Below, piece by piece: positions 38,634 through 48,104 of a DNA stretch of 64,000 bases (its first letter is position 1; every line of letters begins with the position of its first letter). The DNA is from Candidatus Kapaibacterium sp. (lineage in GTDB: Bacteria; Bacteroidota; Ignavibacteria; Kapaibacteriales; UBA2268). Below the pieces are notes generated by a model. That model did not search any database. It was not told where the DNA came from and saw only the letters and a program-made list of their open reading frames with translations. Location of the stretch: NCBI GenBank assembly GCA_963665665.1, contig OY762428.1, positions 4,992,001-5,056,000 of the forward strand, written 5' to 3'. The position numbers and the translations under genes are program-made.

Positions 38634-40136
38634 TTATTTATTTTCGTTATTGTAAAGGCCTAATTTAATATATTTCGAATCTACTTTACCGAGAAGCATA
38701 TTAAGGTCTGATTGGGCTTTAAGGTAGTCATATACAGCCTGCAGCCTGTTGGTTTTGGCCTGCCTCAGAGCCATGTCGGCATTCTGGATTTCCAGTTGAT
38801 TCCCAGTGCCTTCCTTGTAGCGGATTTCGGATAGTTCGTAAGCCCTTTGCGCTACGGTAACGGTTCTTTCCCTGGCTTCGATGGTGTTTTTAACCTTTTC
38901 AAGGTTAAGAATAGCCATTCTCACCTGCATTTTAATTGCGTCTTTAAGCTGAAATAGTTGCTCATCTGTCTGCATGACGGCAATTTGTTTCTGCTGAACT
39001 TTCCTGGAAGTACGCAAACCGTTAAACAAGTTGATGGAAAATGAAAGCCCGACAACCGAAGAGTTATAATTCATGAAATTCAAGTCATCGGACTGGCCGC
39101 CAAGGGAATAATTTCCAAAAGCTGCTATGGTAGGATAATAGTCCGATTCATCAATTTGGATGAATGCTTCGTCGAGTTCTCTTTTCATTCTCAAAGTTGA
39201 AAGGTCATAATTATTGGTTAGAGCCTCTGTTATTGACTGGTCGGAATCAGGAACTGATCCACCATTATATTCGAGCGTTCCTTCTATGTTTATTTCTTGC
39301 TTTGGGTCAATACCCATGGTCATTTTCAGTCCGTCAAGGGCATTTTTGTATGCATTTTCTACCTCTATTAACTGAGGGCGAATATTTTCAACCTGAACTT
39401 CAGCCTGCAGCCTGTCAAATTCCGCAACAAGCCCCTGGTCGTAAAGAGCCTTAACATTATTATAGTTATTCCTGGCGTTTTCGAAGCTCTCACTTGTGAT
39501 TTTCACAAATTCACGTGTCAGCAAGACACCGAAAAAAGCATTTTCCACAGAATTGACAATATTGACAACCTTTGCTTTTAGTTGTTCCTGAGCTGTTTCA
39601 TAGTAAACCTGTGAAGCCCCTATTCCCTGGAAAACTGCTGAATTGAACAAAACCTGAGTAACCTGAGCAGTCGCCTCGTAAGAATTGGACTGAACCATAG
39701 AAAGTTCTGATAGTCCCATTGGCAGGAACTTCGAGGAATCACGCGGCAGCACGCCCTCGTCGAAAAGAATTGAATAGCTGGCATTTGTAAGCATAGCATT
39801 GAAATCCGGGAAGAAAATAATCGGCTTCTTCAGGAAATGGCTGAAATTTGCAGTTACATCCAATGATGGATATGCATAACCATATGCTTCGCTTATAGCA
39901 GCATCAGCCTTTTCAACTTCCAAACGTGCAATTTTAGTGTCAGGATTGTTTTTCAGAGCTGTTTCTATTGCTTTGTCGATTGTAAAAACCTGCTGGGAAT
40001 GCAGAGGCAATGACAACGCAACTAATCCTGCCATAATAAAGGCAGCAAACAGCTTTGTTTTTAGGTTCTTAATTTTCATCTTCGATCCGTGGATAAATAT
40101 TTCACAATTATTATTTATTTGCAATTTAAACATCAA
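38634..40136 (-). CDS. TolC-family outer membrane efflux protein (start may be ~40079)
   Basis: AL.NN repeats; YPSL/YYPTI; RY.EG....LE...A. Confidence 0.93.
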   Translation of the reverse strand: MMFKLQINNNCEIFIHGSKMKIKNLKTKLFAAFIMAGLVALSLPLHSQQVFTIDKAIETALKNNPDTKIARLEVEKADAAISEAYGYAYPSLDVTANFSHFLKKPIIFFPDFNAMLTNASYSILFDEGVLPRDSSKFLPMGLSELSMVQSNSYEATAQVTQVLFNSAVFQGIGASQVYYETAQEQLKAKVVNIVNSVENAFFGVLLTREFVKITSESFENARNNYNNVKALYDQGLVAEFDRLQAEVQVENIRPQLIEVENAYKNALDGLKMTMGIDPKQEINIEGTLEYNGGSVPDSDQSITEALTNNYDLSTLRMKRELDEAFIQIDESDYYPTIAAFGNYSLGGQSDDLNFMNYNSSVVGLSFSINLFNGLRTSRKVQQKQIAVMQTDEQLFQLKDAIKMQVRMAILNLEKVKNTIEARERTVTVAQRAYELSEIRYKEGTGNQLEIQNADMALRQAKTNRLQAVYDYLKAQSDLNMLLGKVDSKYIKLGLYNNENK

Positions 40137-40150
40137 ATGTTAAGATAAAG

Positions 40151-40762
40151 TTAACCATTGAATACTTTGTTAATCTCTTCTTTAGCTTCTTTTGTTGCTG
40201 CACCGTCAATCAGTACTTCAAATATCTGGTCAATAATTTCTTTTTTTCCAAGATTCATCGGGATTGCAACATCTGGTTTCATCATATTTGTAACAGTAAA
40301 GTAGTGCATATAATATATCACATCAATATTTATACATTCTTTAATAATATTTTTTTCCTTTCCGATTTCCAGAAAACGTCGAAAATCCGATTGGAGCCGT
40401 TCCACCCTGAATTTCTGCATTTTGTCCCAAACTTCGGGAAGGTTCTCCTGAAGATCATCAAAAAATACATCTGAAAGGTGATCAACTATTTTGGGAATCA
40501 TATCCCATATCTCTTTTAATTTTGGAATAAATGTATCGGTGGAACAATCTGAAAGGTCATCCAAAGCTTCGCGAATCAAATCTTTTTGTACGAATACATA
40601 TTTGTCTATCAGGGCATCGAGAATTTCTTTCTTAGATTTGAATGTCTGGTACAAAGTTCTCTTGCTTATTCCCGCTTTTTTTGCTAAACTGTCAGTTGTT
40701 ACTCTTGTATAACCGAACTTTGACATTTCCTCGCGTGCGATTTTTAATATCCTGTCTCTCAT
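40151..40762 (-). CDS. TetR/AcrR family regulator
   Basis: RIL..A.E.M..FGY..VT.D.LAKKAGISKRTLY..FKSK. Confidence 0.93.
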   Translation of the reverse strand: MRDRILKIAREEMSKFGYTRVTTDSLAKKAGISKRTLYQTFKSKKEILDALIDKYVFVQKDLIREALDDLSDCSTDTFIPKLKEIWDMIPKIVDHLSDVFFDDLQENLPEVWDKMQKFRVERLQSDFRRFLEIGKEKNIIKECINIDVIYYMHYFTVTNMMKPDVAIPMNLGKKEIIDQIFEVLIDGAATKEAKEEINKVFNG

Positions 40763-40781
40763 TTTTCCTATGGTACTCAAT

Positions 40782-40796
40782 AAACTAAAATAGTTT
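40782..40796. promoter_or_regulatory. Candidate TetR operator
   Basis: Palindrome AAACTA-AAA-TAGTTT just upstream of the TetR gene. Confidence 0.5.
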
Positions 40797-40993
40797 TCTC
40801 AGTTACAAACATACTGCTATTACGAAAAAAGTCCAAAAATATTATCCAGATTTTTGTTCATTTTGATATTTTTTTTGATGATTTTTTCATAATTATTATA
40901 ATAATATTCCCCGAATAATTTTTTTCACGCCATTGATACGAAAAAAACTTATTTTTGTTTATATTATTTTTACAAAAATTTTACGTGTGAATT

Positions 40994-43240
40994 ATGTCTG
41001 ATATCGTAAAAGATGAACTCTACTCAGAAATCGAAGTGACCAAAGAAACAGCGATCGAGGTTGGGCTAACAGAAGAAGAATACGACAAAGTGCTTGAAAT
41101 AGTCGGCAGAACACCAACTTACACCGAAATAGGTGTTTACGGTGTTATGTGGAGCGAGCACTGCTCATACAAAAATTCAATAAAGCAATTAAAAACTTTA
41201 CCGAGGTCCGGTGGCAGGCTGCTCGTGGAAGCAGGAGAAGAAAATGCCGGGCTGGTTGATATTGGCGACGGATATGCCTGTGCATTTAAAATCGAAAGCC
41301 ATAACCACCCTTCGGCTATTGAACCATTTCAGGGCGCTGCAACAGGTGTAGGGGGAATCTTAAGAGATATATTCACAATGGGAGCCAGGCCGATTGCGGC
41401 TCTTAACTCATTACGTTTCGGCGAACTTGATAATGAAAGAACAAAGTTCCTGCTCCGTGGTGTAGTTGAAGGTATAAGCCATTACGGTAATTCATTCGGT
41501 GTTCCTACAGTTGGCGGTGAAGTTTACTTCCAGCATTGCTATCATGATAATCCCCTGGTTAATGCTATGGCTGTTGGTATTGTGCCGGTTGATAAAACAG
41601 CATCTGCCACTGCTGACGGCCCCGGGAACCCTGTAATGATAGTAGGCAGCAGAACCGGACGCGACGGAATCCATGGCGCATCATTGCTGGCTTCACGTGA
41701 GTTTGACGAGAAAACCGAAGATATGCGGCCCACAGTTCAGGTTGGCGATCCGTTCGCAGAAAAAATGCTTCTCGAAGCAACCCTGGAATTAATTGAAGCC
41801 GGCGTGGTTGTTGGTATTCAGGATATGGGTGCCGCCGGTATTTCATGTTCCACTTCCGAGATGAGTGCGAGAATTGACAAAATCGGTATGGAAGTCGATC
41901 TTGATCTTGTTCCTTTGCGTGAAGATGATATGACTGCCTATGAAATCATGCTTTCGGAATCGCAGGAAAGAATGCTTGCTGTTATTGATAAAGATAAAGT
42001 AGATGAAGCTATTAAAATTTGTGAAAAATGGGATGTTCCCATGAAACAAATCGGACATGTAACTGGTGACGGCTTTATTCACGTTCACAGAAACGGCAGG
42101 AAAGTTTGCAAGCTGAATGCTGAATCCCTCGTTCTTGGAGGAGGAGCCCCGGTTTACGATCCACCGGCAAAAGAACCTGAATATTTAAAGAAAACAAGAG
42201 CTTTCGATTTAAACTCAATCGATAAATCACAGGATTTGAAAGAAGTATTCACAAAGCTTATTTCGTCCCCGACAATTGCATCAAAAAAATGGGTTTACGA
42301 GCAGTATGATTCTCAGGTAAGAACCAACACAGTTACAATTAAAGGCGATGCCGCTATTATGAGGGTAAAAGAACTTCCCGGCAAAGGACTTGCTGTTTGT
42401 ACGGACTGTAACAGCCGTTTCAGCTATCTGAATCCATATCGCGGAGGTTTATCAGCCGTTATGGAATCGGCAAGAAATGTTGTTTGTGTAGGAGCGGAGC
42501 CTGTTGCCATCACTAATTGCCTGAATTTCGGCAACCCTTATGACCCGGAAATTTACTGGCAGTTCAAGGAAGTTATCCGCGGTATGGGCGATGCATGCCG
42601 AGCAATGGACACACCTGTTACCGGCGGTAATGTAAGCTTTCACAATGAATCACAAAACCTTGCTGTGTTCCCGACACCCACAATAGGTATGCTTGGCGTT
42701 ATTGAAGATATGAACAAAACAATGAGCCAAGAATTTAAAAATGAGGGCGATCATATTTACCTTATCGGTAATAACAGGCAGGAACTTGGCGGTTCGGAAT
42801 ACCTTAAAATCATTCACGGTACTGTAAACGGTGAAGCCCCGGAAATCAATATTGATGAAGAGATCAGGCTCCACAAAGTAACACTTAATGCAATTAAAAA
42901 CGGACTTATAAATTCAGCCCATGATTGCAGCGAAGGTGGCATTGCCATAACACTGGCAGAAAAATCTATTGCATCAAAGGGCCTCGGCGCTGATGTTGAA
43001 CTGCCTGCCGGAGCTTCTGTTGACAGTCTGTTCGGCGAATCACAATCCAGGATAATCGTAACGGTCAGCCCGGATAAAGCAGGTGAGTTTGAAGCAATTT
43101 GCAAAGATGGCCGGGTTGAATTATTTAAACTTGGATATGTAATTAAAGACGAATTGAAAATAAAAGATGCTTTTGATATTAAAGTATCAGAGATAAATTC
43201 AATTTATGAAAATGTAATTCCCGGTATTATGGGTGAATAA
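40994..43240 (+). CDS. purL: Phosphoribosylformylglycinamidine synthase subunit PurL (small type)
   Basis: MWSEHCSYK, KIESHNHPS, GAATGVGGILRD, QDMGAAG, SESQERM, GGNVSF.N. Confidence 0.98.
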   Translation: MSDIVKDELYSEIEVTKETAIEVGLTEEEYDKVLEIVGRTPTYTEIGVYGVMWSEHCSYKNSIKQLKTLPRSGGRLLVEAGEENAGLVDIGDGYACAFKIESHNHPSAIEPFQGAATGVGGILRDIFTMGARPIAALNSLRFGELDNERTKFLLRGVVEGISHYGNSFGVPTVGGEVYFQHCYHDNPLVNAMAVGIVPVDKTASATADGPGNPVMIVGSRTGRDGIHGASLLASREFDEKTEDMRPTVQVGDPFAEKMLLEATLELIEAGVVVGIQDMGAAGISCSTSEMSARIDKIGMEVDLDLVPLREDDMTAYEIMLSESQERMLAVIDKDKVDEAIKICEKWDVPMKQIGHVTGDGFIHVHRNGRKVCKLNAESLVLGGGAPVYDPPAKEPEYLKKTRAFDLNSIDKSQDLKEVFTKLISSPTIASKKWVYEQYDSQVRTNTVTIKGDAAIMRVKELPGKGLAVCTDCNSRFSYLNPYRGGLSAVMESARNVVCVGAEPVAITNCLNFGNPYDPEIYWQFKEVIRGMGDACRAMDTPVTGGNVSFHNESQNLAVFPTPTIGMLGVIEDMNKTMSQEFKNEGDHIYLIGNNRQELGGSEYLKIIHGTVNGEAPEINIDEEIRLHKVTLNAIKNGLINSAHDCSEGGIAITLAEKSIASKGLGADVELPAGASVDSLFGESQSRIIVTVSPDKAGEFEAICKDGRVELFKLGYVIKDELKIKDAFDIKVSEINSIYENVIPGIMGE

Positions 43241-43439
43241 TATTATTTATTTATGGTGATGTCTCATTTATCAAATTTTTTGAGATTTATCCTTTTGAGT
43301 CTGCCTATAAAAGCCGGCTTTTACAATTAGGAAATGACATTTAAAAACTGATCGTCGGGATCTCCGTATCCCGGCGAACAGTGAAAGCTTGGATTTCCCA
43401 ATCCTTTTTACTTTCGTATTGGCCAGCCGAAAAAGCATC

Positions 43440-43580
43440 GGAATTATTTAAAAAAGCTCCGTAGGAGCGACATAATCTTTTGCCAATGTCGCCCCGACGG
43501 GGGTGTCCGAAGGCCGGGGGTGGATTTCCGGAAAATTCCCCTCGTTGAGGGGTGGCGAGCACAGCGAGACGGGGTGGATT
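43440..43580. repeat. Cluster of REP-like palindromes
   Basis: CCGTAGGAGCGACAT..ATGTCGCCCCGACGGGG and TTCCCCTCGTTGAGGGGTGGC..GACGGGGTG hairpins. Confidence 0.6.
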
Positions 43581-43613
43581 CTTTTTCCGATTGAAGTTAT
43601 TATAGTTGGCGGG

Positions 43614-45003
43614 TGTCATCCTGAGCGAAGCGAAGGATCCATTCTTTATGCATCAGCTACTAAAGAAGATGGATTCTTCTGTCGCTTCGCTCCGTCAGAA
43701 TGACAACATAATCGCCTCATGCTTTTGCTCTGTTTACCCGTTCTTCCACCCCAATGAACAGGACGTCGGCCTTAATTCCCTATCCTGTGGTTTCAATGAA
43801 TCGGATAATTTCCTAACTTCAATGCTGTTTTGAACCAGAATCCTGATGTTTGGGCTAAATGCTTTGTTGGCAGAGCTTTAAACTGCCTTGGCCGGTGGTA
43901 TTGAACTACTGTTTGGCCTTAATGTAGTGAAATTTGGCCTCATTCCACGCTTGTTTGACCTTATCCCACGCTTGTTTGACCTTATCCCACGCTTGTTTGA
44001 CCTTATCCCACGCTTGTTTGACCTTATCCCACGCTTGTTTGACTTTATCCCACGCTTGTTTGACTTTATTCCACGCTTGTTTGACTTTATCCCACGCTTG
44101 TTTGACTTTATTCCACGCTTGTTTGACTTTATCCCACGCTTGTTTGACTTTATCCCACGCTTGTTTGACTTTATTCCACGCTTGTTTGACTTTATTCCAC
44201 GCTTGTTTGGCCTCATCCCACGCTTGTTTGACTTTATCCCACGCTTGTTTGACTTCATCCCACGCTTGTTTGACATTATTGAACATGTTCTTTGCCTCCG
44301 AACAAGAGTTCAATGCCTTCAAACAAGGCAGCAATATCATCAAACATCGCTGCAATAGTGTCGACCAAGAGTTCATTATCATCAAACATCGCTGCAATAG
44401 CTTCAAACAAGAGTTCATTATCATCAAACATCGGTGCATCGATTTGGAACAAGGCAGCAATGAAGCCAAACATTGCTGCAATAGCTTCAAACAAGAGTTC
44501 ATTATCTTCAAACAAGGCGGCAATGACTCCGAACAAGGCATCAATAACTCCGAACAAGGAAACAATAGAATCAAACATCGGTGCTTTGCTTTCGACCCTT
44601 CCTACCTCCCCCCGGCCACATCCTTCGGAAGAAGGGGGAGTTAATTCTATGATATTTAATTTCTTATCCCCTCCTCGGGGAGGAGGGGAATACAGGGGAG
44701 GTTTTCTTTCTTTGCTTCCGACCAGGGCATTATTATCCACAAGCTAAAGCACGTGGCTATCGAATTTGACGATGGTAAGGCTGGGATCTCATTCTGAGCG
44801 CCAGCGAAGAATCCATTCCTAATACATTATCTGGCGAACAAAGATGGATTCTTTTTCGGGCAACCACAAGGGTTGCCCCTACGATGCCCCCTCATTACGA
44901 ACTTGTACTTCGTAATGCAATTTTCATTTGAAGTTATGCTTCTCTATTTCAAAGTAAAACTTTGTGGGAATAATCCTTCCCAGGTACAACCTGGGAAGGA
45001 GAG
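43614..45003. repeat. Composite dispersed element, copy B
   Basis: GTCATCCTGAGC hairpin 43614-43705; conserved segment; 16 x 21-bp units (43939-44274); central palindrome GAACATGTTC (44281-44290); 14 x 21-bp opposite-facing units (44296-44589); further hairpins; four-hairpin block 44886-45003 is the reverse complement of 27903-28021. Confidence 0.9.
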
Positions 45004-45085
45004 AAATCAGAATGGAATTTAACAGTACTCGTCCGGCTTCTCACGAACCTGTTCCGCCATTTCAATCTTTATTTTTTAATAAATA

Positions 45086-45465
45086 TTAGATCTTTATCTC
45101 GCAAACCGGGCTGATTTCCATGGGGTCATGCCCACGTTTGAATATCCTGGCACCTGTGCTGCCTTTCAACAGCATTTTTTCTCCTTCCACGTGAACCATA
45201 CATCCCTCGCGCAGTCCTATTATTGGCGTTTCGTTGAATACCATGTATTCTTTAAGCCTTGTTTCTCTTGTTTCACCTTTATGGGTTGAGTTCGGGTCCG
45301 GATCCAGGTAGTGTGCATTTATCTGATAGGGAAATACATTAATTGCATTAAAATTATTCAATTGTTTAACGGGCATATCGTTAGTAGTCATTATAGTCGG
45401 GCAGGCCACGTTAGAACCTGCACTTGTTCCGATATACGGCATTCCGTTCTCGATTTTTTCCCTGA
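45086..45465 (-). pseudogene. pepE: 5'-truncated dipeptidase E (peptidase S51)
   Basis: PYIGTSAGSNVACPTI.TTNDMP and QINAHY..HKGETRE.RL.E are present; the N-terminal half is missing and replaced by an IS fragment. Confidence 0.85.
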
Positions 45466-45775
45466 CAGGCAAGATGTATTCCTTCTACTTCACGGAGCGA
45501 TGTACAACCGCTGAGTGTTGCTAGTATCATTATGAATAGATGATCATAGGTTTTAAAAGATTTGTAATAATGATCGCTTTTGTGTTTCTTAGCTGTACGG
45601 TAAATAACCTTATGATCAATATATTTCAGTATTTGTTTTATTACTGGAATTCCGGAAAATTTTGTAGATTTGTTCATGGTTACATTTCTGATGGTTCGCA
45701 AAACTAAATTTCTCAAATGTAATCATTGGGGAGATTTTTTCTCCCCTTTTTTTATTTTTTTTCCCGGACACTGAT
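45455..45775 (-). mobile_element. IS4-family remnant (left end plus ~60 codons of the transposase N-terminus, DUF4372-like)
   Basis: MNKSTKFSG.PV..Q.LK.I..SDHYYKSFKTYDHL..M..A..SG..SLRE from ATG 45677; candidate end CAGTGTCCGGG near 45763-45773; no DDE domain. Confidence 0.75.
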
Positions 45776-45948
45776 AATTTGTAATTAGAAACATATCCCA
45801 CCCGGAAGGATGTGCATTTAAAAGAAAGGGAATACCAGAACAAAAAATACAAATATTCAGGGAATAAAACTGCAAAATTTGCAATATTATTATTGCAAAC
45901 TTGTTAGTAAATTTGGGAAAATGAATAACGCTATGGAATATCGATAAT

Positions 45949-46596
45949 ATGGATGATAAATTAAAAAATTTCCTAAGGAAAAGGCTGAACGAAAAACTTC
46001 CGGGACTTAACGCGCAAAAAATTATGGCCCCGGTTTCGGACAATGAAGATTTCCGCCCGTTCGTACCGAGAGATGATGCTAAGCGATCGGCTGTATTATT
46101 GCTGCTGTGCAGGGTGGATGATGAATTGAAGGTATTGCTGACTCTGCGCTCGGATAAACTTAATAGCCACAGGGGGCAGATCAGCTTTCCGGGCGGCAGA
46201 AAAGAAAACGGGGAAAGGCCCGTGGAAACAGCCCTGAGGGAAACATTCGAGGAAGTAGGAATAGCTCCGGATAAGATTGAAATTCTTGGCAGATTGTCCG
46301 ACTTGTATATTCCTCCGTCCAATTCAATTGTGAGCCCGGTTGTGGGGTATATCGGGAATACTGGAGAACTAAAAATCAACCCGTCGGAAGTTGAAGAAGC
46401 ATTTTATATTGATATTGATTTTCTTGCGAATCCCGGCAATAGGAAAACAGAAACATGGGATTTTGATGGAATAAAAGCAGATATACCACTCTGGGATGCA
46501 GGAAAGAAAGTTCCTTTGTGGGGAGCAACAGCTATGATGCTGTCAGAATTTTTAACAATATATAAAGAATTTGAAGAAGTCGGTATATTAAAGTAA
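45949..46596 (+). CDS. Nudix hydrolase, CoA pyrophosphatase type
   Basis: LLTLRS..L.SH.GQISFPGG..E..ETALRETFEEVG; LWGATA. Confidence 0.92.
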   Translation: MDDKLKNFLRKRLNEKLPGLNAQKIMAPVSDNEDFRPFVPRDDAKRSAVLLLLCRVDDELKVLLTLRSDKLNSHRGQISFPGGRKENGERPVETALRETFEEVGIAPDKIEILGRLSDLYIPPSNSIVSPVVGYIGNTGELKINPSEVEEAFYIDIDFLANPGNRKTETWDFDGIKADIPLWDAGKKVPLWGATAMMLSEFLTIYKEFEEVGILK

Positions 46597-46608
46597 TTTT
46601 GTTCTTTT

Positions 46609-47979
46609 ATGATAAACGGCAAAAAAATAATGAATTTAAAAAAGATACCCTTGTCAATGGATTTTCCCCAGTTCAAATTTCCTGCATATACAAAAGCAAC
46701 AACTGATGCAGGCCATACATTCTATAAATTTCATGATCCTGATTCTGCCCTCGTCTCCGTTAGAATTGGCTTTGCAGGCGGAGCCTATTACGAGCATATT
46801 CCCGGCCTTGCCGGCTTTTCAGCCAAGATGCTTACAAACGGAACAAAAAATCGCCCTGCTGTGGAGATCAGCACGGCAACAGAATCACTCGGAGCCAGCA
46901 TAAATGCCACAGCCCAGTGGGATAAGGCCTATATTGGTGCAACATCCCTCGCAAAATATATTGTGCCGGTTTTGGATATTATGGAAGATTGCTTCCTGAA
47001 TGCTGCTTTCAGCGATGATGAAATCGAAAGGCAGAGAAATATCCATCTTGCGGCTATAAGGGAAGAACAGTCAGAGCCACAGTTCCTTGCCAAATATGCT
47101 TTCAATACGGGAATGTACCGCAATCATCCGTTCGGGCATCCCGTAGCCGGAACAATTAAATCCATATCGTCATTGAAAAGGGAAGATATACTGCAATGGT
47201 ACAGAGACAGAATAATATCAGGGCCTCTGTCTGTTTTTATAAGCGGTAATATAGAAAATTGCGGTATAGATGATAAGATGAATCATATTCTTAAAAATAT
47301 TAGTTCAAAACAGAATAATGATGAATTGATAACTACATCTCATGCCGGCAAAACTTCAAGCTATATCCTGAATAAGTCAGGGGCCGTACAGACAACCCTT
47401 AGGGTTGGAATGAAAACAATTGACGTAGGCGACAAGAATTTTATTCCCTTGCAGATGGCCAACGTTGTTCTCGGCGGATATTTCCAGTCAAGGCTCAACC
47501 AGGTGTTGCGGCAGGAAAAGGGATATACCTACGGCGTGTATTCATCAATTATTACACGCAGAGCAGGATCAGAGCTTTCAATAGGCTGTGATATTAACGA
47601 AGGGGCAACAAATGAATCTGTACGGATAATTTTTGATGAGCTTGACCGCATGAAAACTGAAATTATTCCCTCAGATGAGTTCAATAAAGCAAAGCAGTAT
47701 TTTCTTGGTTCATTTGCCAGGCGGCTTGAAACTCCACAGCAGGTTATTACACTGCTGCAGACCATTGATAATTTTGAACTGGAGGCTGACTATTATGACA
47801 TACTATTTTCCAAAATTTCAAAATTGACTCCCGAAGAAGTCTTCGAAGCCCAAAAGCGAAACTTTGGTTCTGATAATATTATTATTGGTGCAAGCGGAAA
47901 CGTTGAAAAATTAGAGAATGCCCTTAAAGATTATGGGGAAGTGAATGTATTGGATATTGATAAAATTAATAATGCCTGA
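46609..47979 (+). CDS. M16 (pitrilysin) family protein, non-catalytic subunit
   Basis: GLA.F...ML..GT, HPFG and LGG.F.SRL...LR.EKGYTYG; no HxxEH. Confidence 0.88.
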   Translation: MINGKKIMNLKKIPLSMDFPQFKFPAYTKATTDAGHTFYKFHDPDSALVSVRIGFAGGAYYEHIPGLAGFSAKMLTNGTKNRPAVEISTATESLGASINATAQWDKAYIGATSLAKYIVPVLDIMEDCFLNAAFSDDEIERQRNIHLAAIREEQSEPQFLAKYAFNTGMYRNHPFGHPVAGTIKSISSLKREDILQWYRDRIISGPLSVFISGNIENCGIDDKMNHILKNISSKQNNDELITTSHAGKTSSYILNKSGAVQTTLRVGMKTIDVGDKNFIPLQMANVVLGGYFQSRLNQVLRQEKGYTYGVYSSIITRRAGSELSIGCDINEGATNESVRIIFDELDRMKTEIIPSDEFNKAKQYFLGSFARRLETPQQVITLLQTIDNFELEADYYDILFSKISKLTPEEVFEAQKRNFGSDNIIIGASGNVEKLENALKDYGEVNVLDIDKINNA

Positions 47980-48104
47980 TTTTCCATTTTCGGTAAAAAT
48001 GGCTAATTTTGTTTTTTGCATCCTGAGGAAATAATCTGCGTATAACTAATACGTCAGAAATTTGGTTTGAATTTAAAATTATTATAAAATATTGAAGAAG
48101 TAAA

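Noticed and set aside
43878-44747. Six overlapping repeat ORFs (e.g. VKQAWDK coiled-coil-like)
   Set aside because: Repeat-generated; start and stop positions are not conserved relative to copy A.
27901-45003. 21-bp arrays as CRISPR or a diversity-generating retroelement
   Set aside because: No repeat-spacer structure, no cas or reverse transcriptase gene, and no adenine-specific template/variable pair.
45723-46379. 218-aa minus-strand ORF
   Set aside because: Antisense to the well-supported Nudix gene.
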